From Sedimentisphaerales bacterium (lineage in GTDB: Bacteria > Planctomycetota > Phycisphaerae > Sedimentisphaerales > Anaerobacaceae), in the NCBI GenBank assembly GCA_040772485.1, contig JAXGYC010000007.1, positions 448,001-512,000 of the forward strand: a stretch of 64,000 nucleotides of DNA, read 5' to 3'. Below are positions 37,334 through 47,750 of the stretch, one piece after another (the stretch's first letter is position 1; each line of letters opens with the position of its first letter). The notes under the pieces were generated by a model, which was not told where the DNA came from, made no database searches, and saw only the letters and a list, made by a program, of their open reading frames with translations. The position numbers and the translations under genes are program-made.

Positions 37334-37498
37334 TCACAACAATCGCCGATCCTGTTTCTGCACAGACTCTCCCCGGGGAACTGTTTGCCGGGAATCGTGC
37401 GGCAAGAGTTCGTCGCCGCATGAAGAAGGTATGCCCGTCGCCGTCTGCCACCTTCGTCTGTTTCCGGCGACCGTAGCGGTGCTGACGGTTACTGCCAT
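37334..37498 (-). CDS. Small hypothetical protein (54 aa; absent from the ORF track)
   Basis: AGGAGGAGG RBS 4 nt before ATG; MAVTVSTATVAGNRRRWQTATGIPSSCGDELLPHDSRQTVPRGESVQKQDRRLL; followed by hairpin ATGACGCC/GGCGTCAT. Confidence 0.4.
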   Translation of the reverse strand: MAVTVSTATVAGNRRRWQTATGIPSSCGDELLPHDSRQTVPRGESVQKQDRRLL

Positions 37499-37550
37499 CG
37501 AGCCTCCTCCTGAGAACTGTCAATTGTGGACACGACGCAATTCCTTCCGG

Positions 37551-39692
37551 TCACGGCTGGATCGTGAGAGCGTCGCGAAGCACCGCGGAAGACCCATCGG
37601 GGTTGGTCACGCGCACATCCCACACCACAGGGACAGGCAGGGTGTCCGCGCTTAACGTCAAGCGGCCCATGACCGAGCTGGAACCAACGGTGCGGACGCC
37701 GGTGACCGCAGGAGCCGGCCCCTGCCCTTTCTCGAAGGTCACCTTCACCCCCTCGACGAAACCCGTTCCGCGAATCATGATCGTGCCGGGCATCCCCGCC
37801 CACATGGATCGAGGCGTAATCGACCAGATCGTCACGCGAGAGGATTCCGCCGGCGCGGAAACGGTCACGCTCAAGCTGTCCCAGTCGTCGTCCGAATCGT
37901 CGTCGGCCAGGTCGTGGCAGGCGGTGATGGTGTGAACACCGACGGCGGCGCCATGCGTGTCCCAGGTGTACTTCAGAGTGGTGCTCCGTCCTGCCGACAG
38001 GCCCCCTTTGATGACGCGCGTCCCAATGGCGATGTCGTCGGCGCTGGTCGAAGGTGTGGCCTGGTCCGACGTCAGAGAGACGGCGATGTCTGCGTCCACG
38101 TCTTCGTCGCCGGTGTTGGCGACGGTGACGCTGATCTGCGCCGAGTCGCCCACGGTGACACCGGCCGGGCCGCTCACGGCGGTGATGGCGATATCCACGA
38201 TCGGCGCGCGAACCGTTACAGATACCCTCATCGTATCATTCGTCGCGTCGTCATCGGTCATGTTGTGTCTTGCCCTCAAAGTGCGCACGCCGGCGGCAAC
38301 ACCTGTCGTATCCCACCGGTAGGTCAGCGTCGTAGAAGCGCGGGGGGTCAGAGGGCCGGTCGTTGTCCTGCTCCCAATCTCCGAGCCGGCGTCGCCGGTC
38401 ACAGTCACTGCCACCCCCGCCGGACAGTCCTGATTCCCCACGTTCTCAATCGTCACCACGACCTCGACGGAATCGCACTGGACTACACTGCCGGCGACGG
38501 CGATGTCTACAATGGCCAGGTCCACAAACGCCGCCGGGAGCGCCGCCTTTTCGGCGTCGACAAGACCATAGCCCACCTGCCGGGCCGTAAGGCCGGCAAG
38601 AGGCTCGGCGGTCTCCCGCAGTCTGGCCCGCACCGCAGCGGCGCCGGAAAACCCCAGTTCCGGCGATGCCCAGACCAAAGCCGCCACGCCCGCCACGTGC
38701 GGGCAGGCCATGGAGGTGCCGCTGAGACTGGTGTACCCGCTATTGCGGTATGTCGACCGGATGTCCACGCCGGGGGCTGTCAGCTCGATCTCCGGCCCGA
38801 CACAGGAGAAGCTCGCCAGACCGTCGGCGGTGTCGACGGCGGAGACCGCCAGGACCGAGCCATACGCCGCAGGATAACCGACCGCCGTCCCGTCGTTGCC
38901 GGAGGAAGCGATGAGGAGCACGCCCGCATTGTAGGCCAGGTCGCATGCCTCGCCCAGAGCGCTGCTGAACCCGCCTGTGAAACTCATCGAGACGATGTCG
39001 ATCCCGTTGTCCACACACCACTCGATCCCCTGGATCACGTCGCTGATATGGCCGCTCCTGTCGTCGGCCAGCACCTTGACCGCCCAGAGTCGCGCTTCAG
39101 GCGCTACACCCACGACTCCGATGCCGTTGTTCCGAGCGGCCACCACGCCCGCGCAGTGCGTGCCGTGCCCCTCCTTATCGTTCCAGTGGGCAGCCTTTGT
39201 GCTGCCGTCTGTCAGGATGTTCCCGGCGCAGTTGACGCCTCCGGCGACCACCAGGTCCGGATGGCTCGCGTCAATTCCCGTGTCGAGAATGGCCACGTCG
39301 ACTCCGGCGCCGCGGCTGCCGCCGTACTTCGCATCCCACACGCGCTCGGCGCCGATCCGGTCCACGCCCCAGGGCATCTCCTGCGCCGCCGCATAGACGC
39401 GCCCATCCTCCTCGACGTACGCCACGTCCGGGCGATTCCGAATCCGCCCGATGGTTTCGTCGCTCAGCGTCGCCAGGATGACGGGCAGCAAATGGTAGGA
39501 GTGCTCAACCTGTCCGCCTGCGCTGCGGATCGTCTCAGCCAGCGCTTCGGGACTTTCCGTCTCGACGAGATGATTGAAACCGATGAGAACCTTACGCCCA
39601 GGCGAATCGCTCTGGGCTACCGCTGTTTGAACCTGACACCAACCCAAGAGAATCGCCAGCGCGATCCTCCACGCTCTCCGTAGCGTTTTCAC
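37551..39692 (-). CDS. Secreted S8 subtilisin-like peptidase with propeptide, two CARDB-like domains and a C-terminal Ig-like domain
   Basis: Catalytic triad ILDTG / HGTHCAG / SGTSMACPHVAG; two DxAI...NxG...YxWDT modules; AAGGAGG RBS before GTG. Confidence 0.92.
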   Translation of the reverse strand: MKTLRRAWRIALAILLGWCQVQTAVAQSDSPGRKVLIGFNHLVETESPEALAETIRSAGGQVEHSYHLLPVILATLSDETIGRIRNRPDVAYVEEDGRVYAAAQEMPWGVDRIGAERVWDAKYGGSRGAGVDVAILDTGIDASHPDLVVAGGVNCAGNILTDGSTKAAHWNDKEGHGTHCAGVVAARNNGIGVVGVAPEARLWAVKVLADDRSGHISDVIQGIEWCVDNGIDIVSMSFTGGFSSALGEACDLAYNAGVLLIASSGNDGTAVGYPAAYGSVLAVSAVDTADGLASFSCVGPEIELTAPGVDIRSTYRNSGYTSLSGTSMACPHVAGVAALVWASPELGFSGAAAVRARLRETAEPLAGLTARQVGYGLVDAEKAALPAAFVDLAIVDIAVAGSVVQCDSVEVVVTIENVGNQDCPAGVAVTVTGDAGSEIGSRTTTGPLTPRASTTLTYRWDTTGVAAGVRTLRARHNMTDDDATNDTMRVSVTVRAPIVDIAITAVSGPAGVTVGDSAQISVTVANTGDEDVDADIAVSLTSDQATPSTSADDIAIGTRVIKGGLSAGRSTTLKYTWDTHGAAVGVHTITACHDLADDDSDDDWDSLSVTVSAPAESSRVTIWSITPRSMWAGMPGTIMIRGTGFVEGVKVTFEKGQGPAPAVTGVRTVGSSSVMGRLTLSADTLPVPVVWDVRVTNPDGSSAVLRDALTIQP

Positions 39693-39826
39693 GGTCGCAC
39701 CCTCCTTGCAGCACTACCCCTGACCTCCTTGGCACACCGCTGCTCCACCGTTCAGGCTCACACCGGGGGAAGCGACGTGCACATTTCGGACACATGGTCC
39801 GGTACGACCCTCCTCACATTATCCCC

Positions 39827-39854
39827 ATGATAACTACATGTGACGGTCTGTCAA
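39827..39854 (-). promoter_or_regulatory. Sigma70-type promoter for the S8 peptidase
   Basis: Minus strand TTGACA, 16 bp spacer, TATCAT. Confidence 0.55.
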
Positions 39855-39913
39855 TTGTGGAAACTACGTATTGTAGATTGGGCTGTCTGCACAATCCAGA
39901 AAACCAGCGTTCT

Positions 39914-40501
39914 TCAACGATCGGCGGCGCTGCCGAAGGTGTTCGGCTTTGCGGCAAACACCCTGGCGTTGAAATCGGCGACAATGTCGCGACAGGCGTC
40001 GCTGAGTCTGTCGGCGGGAATCACGCACATCAGGTGCTGCGAAAGAACGGCCAGGTCGTCCGTCTTCGGCAACCCCTCGATCGCCGCGACCAACTGTCGC
40101 ATCCCCACCTCCAGGGGCTGGTCTCTCTGAAGCAGGCCGGCGTTGATGATGTAGCGCCACGCCTGCGCCAGCGTCGAGAGCATGTTCATCTGCGGCCCGT
40201 GCTTGAGCACGACCACGGAAAGCCCGATCGCCGTAGTGTTGCCCTCGTCATCCAGAAGCGCCTGGGTCACGAACTTGATCGTCCACTGCGGATTCTGCTC
40301 GACCAAACGCACTCCCGCGTACGGCCCAAACGCCTGGGCCATGTGCAGGCGGATCGCCTCGGCGAGCGGCTGCGGGGCATTGATATCCAGCCGGATCGAT
40401 ACCGAGGGCCTCGCTTGCTCCGGAATCGCTCCATTCGGGCCGTAGGCTGCCGGCAGGCTCAAAGACGTGGCACACAACAGCAACACGATCGCAGGGTTCA
40501 T
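39914..40501 (-). CDS. Hypothetical secreted protein
   Basis: GGAGGAGG RBS; signal-like N-terminus MNPAIVLLLCATSLSLPAA. Confidence 0.6.
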   Translation of the reverse strand: MNPAIVLLLCATSLSLPAAYGPNGAIPEQARPSVSIRLDINAPQPLAEAIRLHMAQAFGPYAGVRLVEQNPQWTIKFVTQALLDDEGNTTAIGLSVVVLKHGPQMNMLSTLAQAWRYIINAGLLQRDQPLEVGMRQLVAAIEGLPKTDDLAVLSQHLMCVIPADRLSDACRDIVADFNARVFAAKPNTFGSAADR

Positions 40502-40742
40502 CCTATACCTCCTCCGTGCAATTCTGACCGATGAACGCTCAAGGAGCCTCGCAAGACGCATACATGCCCTTGCTTCCATGGCTCCAACGCAGGTATTATA
40601 GGTCCACCGTTCGCCAAGTCAAGTATTTCCTGTCGGCCGGCCGACAATCTTGAGAAGAAAGCGTAGATGGGGCAGGCGGCCCCCTTGGGCGTCGGGATAC
40701 CAGAAGACTAAGCATTTGTGGCCGATTCGCCCAATGTATCGT

Positions 40743-40770
40743 TTGCCAGCATCAACGAATGTGCTATGAT
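40743..40770 (+). promoter_or_regulatory. Extended -10 promoter for rho-hemW-lepA
   Basis: TTGCCA, 16 bp spacer, TATGAT preceded by TGn. Confidence 0.5.
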
Positions 40771-40826
40771 AACTCAGTTTCGCCCGACCACCCTGTTTCG
40801 GCGGCTTTTTCCCTTGGAAGGTTTCG

Positions 40827-41945
40827 ATGGCTGATACAATTGCTGGAATTCTGAAGCGCATGCCCAACCGGCAGTTTGCGGTACGTACCGCGGAGAGGTC
40901 TTACCGACGCGGCCCGGTCGAGTTGATGGTCCACCCCGAACTGCTGCGCCGCGTCCCGTTGACCGAGGGCGCCGCCGTGATTGGCCAGGTGGAGAAGAAG
41001 AAGGGCAAACCCAGCCTGACGGCCGTGGAAACGATCGGCGGCCTGCCACCGGAGGCCTTCCGCAGGCGGCCTCATTTTGCCGATCTGACCGCCATCGACC
41101 CGCACGAACGGTTCGATCTGGGTGGTTGCGGCCAGGTAAGCATGCGCATTGTCGATCTCATCGCTCCCATCGGCAAGGGCACACGCCAACTGATTGTCTC
41201 GCCTCCCAAAGCAGGCAAGACCGTCCTGCTCGAACAGATGGTGCAAGCCATTCACGAGAGTTCTCCGGACAGCCGCATCATCGTGCTACTGCTGGATGAG
41301 CGACCCGAGGAGGTAACCCAGTTTCGCCGATCCGCGCAATGCGCCGAAGTGGTCTCCAGCACGAGCGACCATACGGCCGATGAACACACCGAACTGGCCG
41401 AACTCATGCTGGCCCACGTCCAGACCGAGCTGGAATGCGGCCATGAGGTTGTCCTGATGATCGACAGCCTCACACGGATGGGAAGGGCATTCAACAACCG
41501 GACCCGAAGACGCGGCGAGCAGCGGGGCCACACCATGAGCGGTGGGCTGGAGGCCGGCATCATGGAAATCCCCCGTCGCCTGTTCGGACTGGCGCGCAAC
41601 GTCGAGAACGGAGGATCGATCACGATCATCGCCACCTGCCTGATCAACACCGGCTCGCGGATGGACCAACTGATCTTCGAGGAGTTCAAGGGCACCGGGA
41701 ACAGCGAGATCGTCCTGGACCGCACGCTGGCAGAAGCCAGGGTCTTTCCTGCCATCGACATCCCTGCCAGCGGAACGCGCAAGGAGATGAAACTGTATGA
41801 CAGCAGGAGGAGCCAGGGCCTGATCACCTTGCGGCGCGTGCTCGCGAACTATGGTCCTCGCGACGCGATGGAAGCGCTGTTCAAACTGCTCAAGCGATTT
41901 CCCACCAATGACGAGTTCCTGGAAAGCATGAGTACGCAGAGCTGA
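40827..41945 (+). CDS. rho: Transcription termination factor Rho (short form)
   Basis: F.DLTAIDP, DLIAPIGKG, PPKAGKT, LLDERPEEVT, DSLTR, MDQLIFEEFKGTGNSE and SGTRKE. Confidence 0.9.
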   Translation: MADTIAGILKRMPNRQFAVRTAERSYRRGPVELMVHPELLRRVPLTEGAAVIGQVEKKKGKPSLTAVETIGGLPPEAFRRRPHFADLTAIDPHERFDLGGCGQVSMRIVDLIAPIGKGTRQLIVSPPKAGKTVLLEQMVQAIHESSPDSRIIVLLLDERPEEVTQFRRSAQCAEVVSSTSDHTADEHTELAELMLAHVQTELECGHEVVLMIDSLTRMGRAFNNRTRRRGEQRGHTMSGGLEAGIMEIPRRLFGLARNVENGGSITIIATCLINTGSRMDQLIFEEFKGTGNSEIVLDRTLAEARVFPAIDIPASGTRKEMKLYDSRRSQGLITLRRVLANYGPRDAMEALFKLLKRFPTNDEFLESMSTQS

Positions 41946-41951
41946 CCGCCC

Positions 41952-43103
41952 GTGATTCCTCAAGCCACAAGCCTTGACCGCGAGGCCCCCGGCCTCTATC
42001 TCCACGTCCCGTTTTGCACGAGCAAGTGCCGGTACTGCGGATTCTACTCGCAGCCGCTGGCAGGTCGCGATGTGGATCGCCTGGTTTCAGCTCTCGTGAG
42101 AGAGGTACAGGAATACCGAAACGTTGCGGCGGTGCGCACGATCTACATCGGCGGCGGCAGCCCGACCAGCCTGCCGGTGCGCCGGTTGGCCGGGCTCATC
42201 GAAACCGTCGCATCGATCTGGCCGCAAGCGCAGGAATTCACGGTCGAGTGCAATCCCGGACAGGTCGGCTTCGAGATGCTGTCGATGCTGGCCCGCCGCG
42301 GCGTCAACAGGCTCTCTTTCGGCGTGCAGTCCTTTCACGCCGCAGAGCTCGAAATCCTCGGCCGCCGGCACACCGCCGACGATGCGCGCCGGTCGATCGA
42401 GCAGGCCCAGGACCTCGGATTCGCCAATATCGGAATCGACCTGATCTTCGCCATCCCGGGTTCCACGCTCGCATCGTGGGAGCATTGCCTCCGCTCGGCA
42501 CTCGCCGTTGGCGTGCAGCACATCTCCGCGTACAGCCTGAGCTTCGAGCCGGGAACGCCCCTCGACGAAGCTCGACGGCTCGGCCAGATCGAAAGCGTGG
42601 ACGAAGAGACCGATCGGGCAATGTATGAGATGACCATCGACTATCTGGCCTCGGCAGGATTCGCACAGTACGAGGTGTCGAATTTCGCGTGCGACGGGTT
42701 TGCGTGCCGGCACAATCAGGGGTATTGGGAGAATCGCCCCTACATCGGCATCGGCCCGTCCGCTGCGTCTTATTGGCAGGCCGAGCGGACCGCAAACGTG
42801 GCGGACATCGACACGTATATCCACCGGATGGAGGCAGGTTCTTCGCCAATCGAAGAACGAGACCGGCCCAGTGACGCCGACCGCGTCTGCGAGACCGCCG
42901 TCCTGAATCTGCGGACCCGCAAAGGCGTCGATCTGATCGAATTTCACCGCAGGACCGGAGCGAATTTCCGCGAGGTCTTCGAGCTCCCCTTGCGCCGGCA
43001 CGAACGCGCCGGACTCCTCGAAGTGACCGCAGACCGCGTGCGCCTGGCTCGCAAGGCCCTGGCCGTCGCGGATTCCGTTCTGTGTGATTTTTCCGCGTTT
43101 TGA
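41952..43103 (+). CDS. hemW: Radical SAM heme chaperone HemW
   Basis: LYLHVPFC.SKC.YCGF, GGGSPT, RLSFGVQSF and YEVSNF......HN..YW. Confidence 0.88.
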   Translation: MIPQATSLDREAPGLYLHVPFCTSKCRYCGFYSQPLAGRDVDRLVSALVREVQEYRNVAAVRTIYIGGGSPTSLPVRRLAGLIETVASIWPQAQEFTVECNPGQVGFEMLSMLARRGVNRLSFGVQSFHAAELEILGRRHTADDARRSIEQAQDLGFANIGIDLIFAIPGSTLASWEHCLRSALAVGVQHISAYSLSFEPGTPLDEARRLGQIESVDEETDRAMYEMTIDYLASAGFAQYEVSNFACDGFACRHNQGYWENRPYIGIGPSAASYWQAERTANVADIDTYIHRMEAGSSPIEERDRPSDADRVCETAVLNLRTRKGVDLIEFHRRTGANFREVFELPLRRHERAGLLEVTADRVRLARKALAVADSVLCDFSAF

Positions 43104-43113
43104 GGAATCCAAC

Positions 43114-44910
<1,797 letters not shown>

Positions 44911-44965
44911 GCCGCACGAGCCGCTCCTCACGTCCATCGCCGTGGACCGGCAACGAAGGGAGAGT

Positions 44966-45448
44966 CTATTGCCGGCCGGACGAAGACCTCTTCCAGGGCG
45001 ATGGGGCTTTGGCACCGCCCTTCTTGTTGCGGAACTCCCGTATTCTTCCCTTGTTGGGCTTGTGCTTGGGGCGAAACGCCGGCTTGGGCGGCTGTCCGCC
45101 AGCCATGATGAACAGCGCCTTGCCGCAGGCGTCGCGCGTGACGCGATCGGCGTGTTTGAGCCCCGCGGTCAGGACATCCGACGCCATCTTCCGCATCCGG
45201 CCCTTCATGCTCCGCAATCCGTAAGCGGCCGCCTTCTTGGCGGTGCGAGGGAAGTCCCCGAACAAAATTTCCTTGAGGATGTCCAGGCCGTCTTCCTGCA
45301 TCCAGGACAGATTGAAGGCGGCCAGACGGGCGGTGGAGACATTGTCGGAGAACACCCTGTCCCGGAGTTTGTTGAGCAACTCAATCGCGGCCTCGTCCTT
45401 CTCCCGTCCGGAAGGTGTCCTTTTCTCGAGCTTCATAGAGCCCTCCAT
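44966..45448 (-). CDS. Hypothetical protein, HEAT-like helical core with a basic tail
   Basis: ARLAAFNLSWMQEDGL..L and KKAAAYGLRSM; Lys/Arg-rich C-terminus. Confidence 0.65.
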   Translation of the reverse strand: MEGSMKLEKRTPSGREKDEAAIELLNKLRDRVFSDNVSTARLAAFNLSWMQEDGLDILKEILFGDFPRTAKKAAAYGLRSMKGRMRKMASDVLTAGLKHADRVTRDACGKALFIMAGGQPPKPAFRPKHKPNKGRIREFRNKKGGAKAPSPWKRSSSGRQ

Positions 45449-45786
45449 GTCAAGCATCCATGCTTCGTGACCCTGCCTCCTCCCTGAGCGGATAGAGGCC
45501 CGCGCTCTGTGCTGCCGCTCTCGGTCCCCAGAGGTCCCGGCGTCTCCGATTCTGGAGCCCGCCAGACGAAAATCGAGGTCCGCAGACCGGTTTGGACCTC
45601 CAATCTAACGCGACCATTGGCTCTCATGCAAGAGGCAACTCACAAAAATCCGTGAAAGACCTGCATTCCGTAGGCAAGCAAGCGACGATTACAGGACGCC
45701 GTGCCGGGCGGCAATCTCCTTCGTCAAATCCTATGACAGCGGAAGTATCGTATACTTTGAAGGGAGGAAGCTGGGAGGTCAACGTC

Positions 45787-45975
45787 ATGTGGACATTGCT
45801 GGTCAGTGCAACCATTCCGATGCCGGCGGGCGACGTGACGCTGGAGATTCTCCCGCCGGATGTCAACGCCGTGCTGCCGTTAGCGATTCTGTGCATTGCG
45901 TCGGTTCTGTGCACCGCCGTGTGGTTCCTCGCGGTCTCCACCTGCGTCATCGGGCGTCATGACACTATGGTATGA
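45787..45975 (+). CDS. Small membrane protein (62 aa)
   Basis: GGAGGT RBS 7 nt before ATG; one C-terminal hydrophobic helix with 3 Cys. Confidence 0.5.
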   Translation: MWTLLVSATIPMPAGDVTLEILPPDVNAVLPLAILCIASVLCTAVWFLAVSTCVIGRHDTMV

Positions 45976-46147
45976 TGACTCCCGCATCGCCCCGGCTATC
46001 CTGTGGCCAAACGTCTTTCTACAGCAAGCAGCCCCTGCACGAGCCGCCTCGTTTCTCCCGCACCATCTTGAGGAGAGGCCGCCGAACCGGTAGAATGGAT
46101 GCTCGTATCTGACAAGAAACTCTCTGAGGAAAGTCTCCGGGGGCCTT

Positions 46148-47737
46148 ATGCCAAGACGATCCAGCCATTCGATGCCATACGATGACACTTTCACTCGCAT
46201 CGCGCTGGGAGTCTATGCGCCAGTTCGCAGCCAGAGATTGCCTGCGGCCCTGGCCCTGCTGGTCGTCCTGGCGGCTGCCACGGGGGCCCGCGCCGCCGAT
46301 GCGCCCCAATGGGGTCAGCAGTACAGCCGCAACATGGTCTCGCCGGAAACCGGGCTGCCCGACCGTTTCGATCCGGCCACGGGCCAGAACATCAAATGGG
46401 TGGTCCCCCTGGGCAGCCAGACCTACGCCACGCCGACCGTCGCGGCCGGCAAGGTGCTGATCGGCACCAACAACGACAACCCTCGCGATGAAGACCACAA
46501 AGGCGATCGCGGCATTCTGCTGTGCCTGAACGAATCCGACGGGGCCCTGGCCTGGCAGCTCATTGCGCCGAAGCTCTCCGACGACATCTACAAGGACTGG
46601 CCCAAGGCCGGAATGTGTTCGCCCCCCACCGTCGAGGGCGACCGCGTATACATGGTGACCAATCGCAACGAGGTGGTCTGCCTCGACCTGCACGGCCTGG
46701 CCAACGGCAACGATGGTCCCTATCGCGACGAGGTCCGCCGCATGGTCCCGGCCGACAAGGAGCCTGTCCCCCTGAAGAGCACAGATGCGGATATCCTCTG
46801 GCTCTACGACATCCCCGCCGAGATTGGCTTGTTTCCGCACGACTCGGTCCATTGCTCGATCCTCATTCTCGGCCAGTTCCTCTACATCAACAGCAACAGC
46901 GGACTGAACGGCACGCACAAAGAGGTCCGCATGCCCGAGGCGCCCAGCCTGATCGTGCTCGACAAAACGACCGGGCGGCTCATCGCGAAGGACGATGAGA
47001 ACATCGGCCCGAACATCATCCACTCGACGTGGTCGTCGCCGGCGGTCGGCCAGATCGACGGCCAGACGCGGGTGTTCTTCTGCGGCGGAGACGGCGTCTG
47101 CTATGCCTTCGAGCCTGTCCAATCAGTCCCCCCCGATGGCGCCGTCCACAAGCTCAAACGGCTCTGGCGATTCGATTGCGACCCGACGGCGCCCAAAGAG
47201 AACGTCCAGCAGTACAACGGCAACCGGCAGGTCAGCCCGAGCAACATCAAGAGCATGCCCGTCTTCCATGACAACCGCCTGTATGTCACCGTCGGAGGCG
47301 ACATCTGGTGGGGCAAGCCGCTCGCCTGGCTCCAGTGCATCGACGCAACCCGGACGGGCAACACCACCGCCGACGGTCCGATCTGGGCCTTCCCGATGCA
47401 GACCCATTGCTGCTCGACCCCCTCGATCTGGAACGGTCTGGCCTTCGTCGCCGACTGCGAAGGCAACGTGCATTGCGTCGATATCGAGACGGGGAAGCCG
47501 CACTGGACGCACAAGTGCGATGGGGAGATCTGGGCCTCGACGCTGGTGGCCGACGGGAAAGTCTATATCGGAACGCGGCGCCGCGACTTCTGGGTCCTGG
47601 CAGCCGACAAGGAGAAGAAAGTCCTCAGCTCCGTCAAGCTCGACAGTCCCATGACCGGCAGTCCGGTCGCTGCCAACGGCGTCCTTTATGTGGCCACGAT
47701 GAAGAGCCTCTGCGCGGTGCAGCAGAGTGCGAAATGA
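46148..47737 (+). CDS. PQQ-binding-like (BamB-like) beta-propeller protein
   Basis: NIKWVVPLGSQ.YATPTV, CSPPTV, CSTPSI and GSPVAANGVLYVAT blade repeats. Confidence 0.82.
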   Translation: MPRRSSHSMPYDDTFTRIALGVYAPVRSQRLPAALALLVVLAAATGARAADAPQWGQQYSRNMVSPETGLPDRFDPATGQNIKWVVPLGSQTYATPTVAAGKVLIGTNNDNPRDEDHKGDRGILLCLNESDGALAWQLIAPKLSDDIYKDWPKAGMCSPPTVEGDRVYMVTNRNEVVCLDLHGLANGNDGPYRDEVRRMVPADKEPVPLKSTDADILWLYDIPAEIGLFPHDSVHCSILILGQFLYINSNSGLNGTHKEVRMPEAPSLIVLDKTTGRLIAKDDENIGPNIIHSTWSSPAVGQIDGQTRVFFCGGDGVCYAFEPVQSVPPDGAVHKLKRLWRFDCDPTAPKENVQQYNGNRQVSPSNIKSMPVFHDNRLYVTVGGDIWWGKPLAWLQCIDATRTGNTTADGPIWAFPMQTHCCSTPSIWNGLAFVADCEGNVHCVDIETGKPHWTHKCDGEIWASTLVADGKVYIGTRRRDFWVLAADKEKKVLSSVKLDSPMTGSPVAANGVLYVATMKSLCAVQQSAK

Positions 47738-47750
47738 TTCGATCCGGCCG

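Noticed and set aside
39853..39864. DnaA box / replication origin
   Set aside because: A single mismatched box with no cluster and no dnaA context.
41952..43103. Radical SAM maturase for the Cys-rich tail (RiPP hypothesis)
   Set aside because: It has HemW signatures, no SPASM domain, sits in a housekeeping operon and is 20 kb away.
45500..45780. Riboswitch in the long intergenic region
   Set aside because: No recognisable conserved aptamer motifs by eye; an Rfam scan would be needed.
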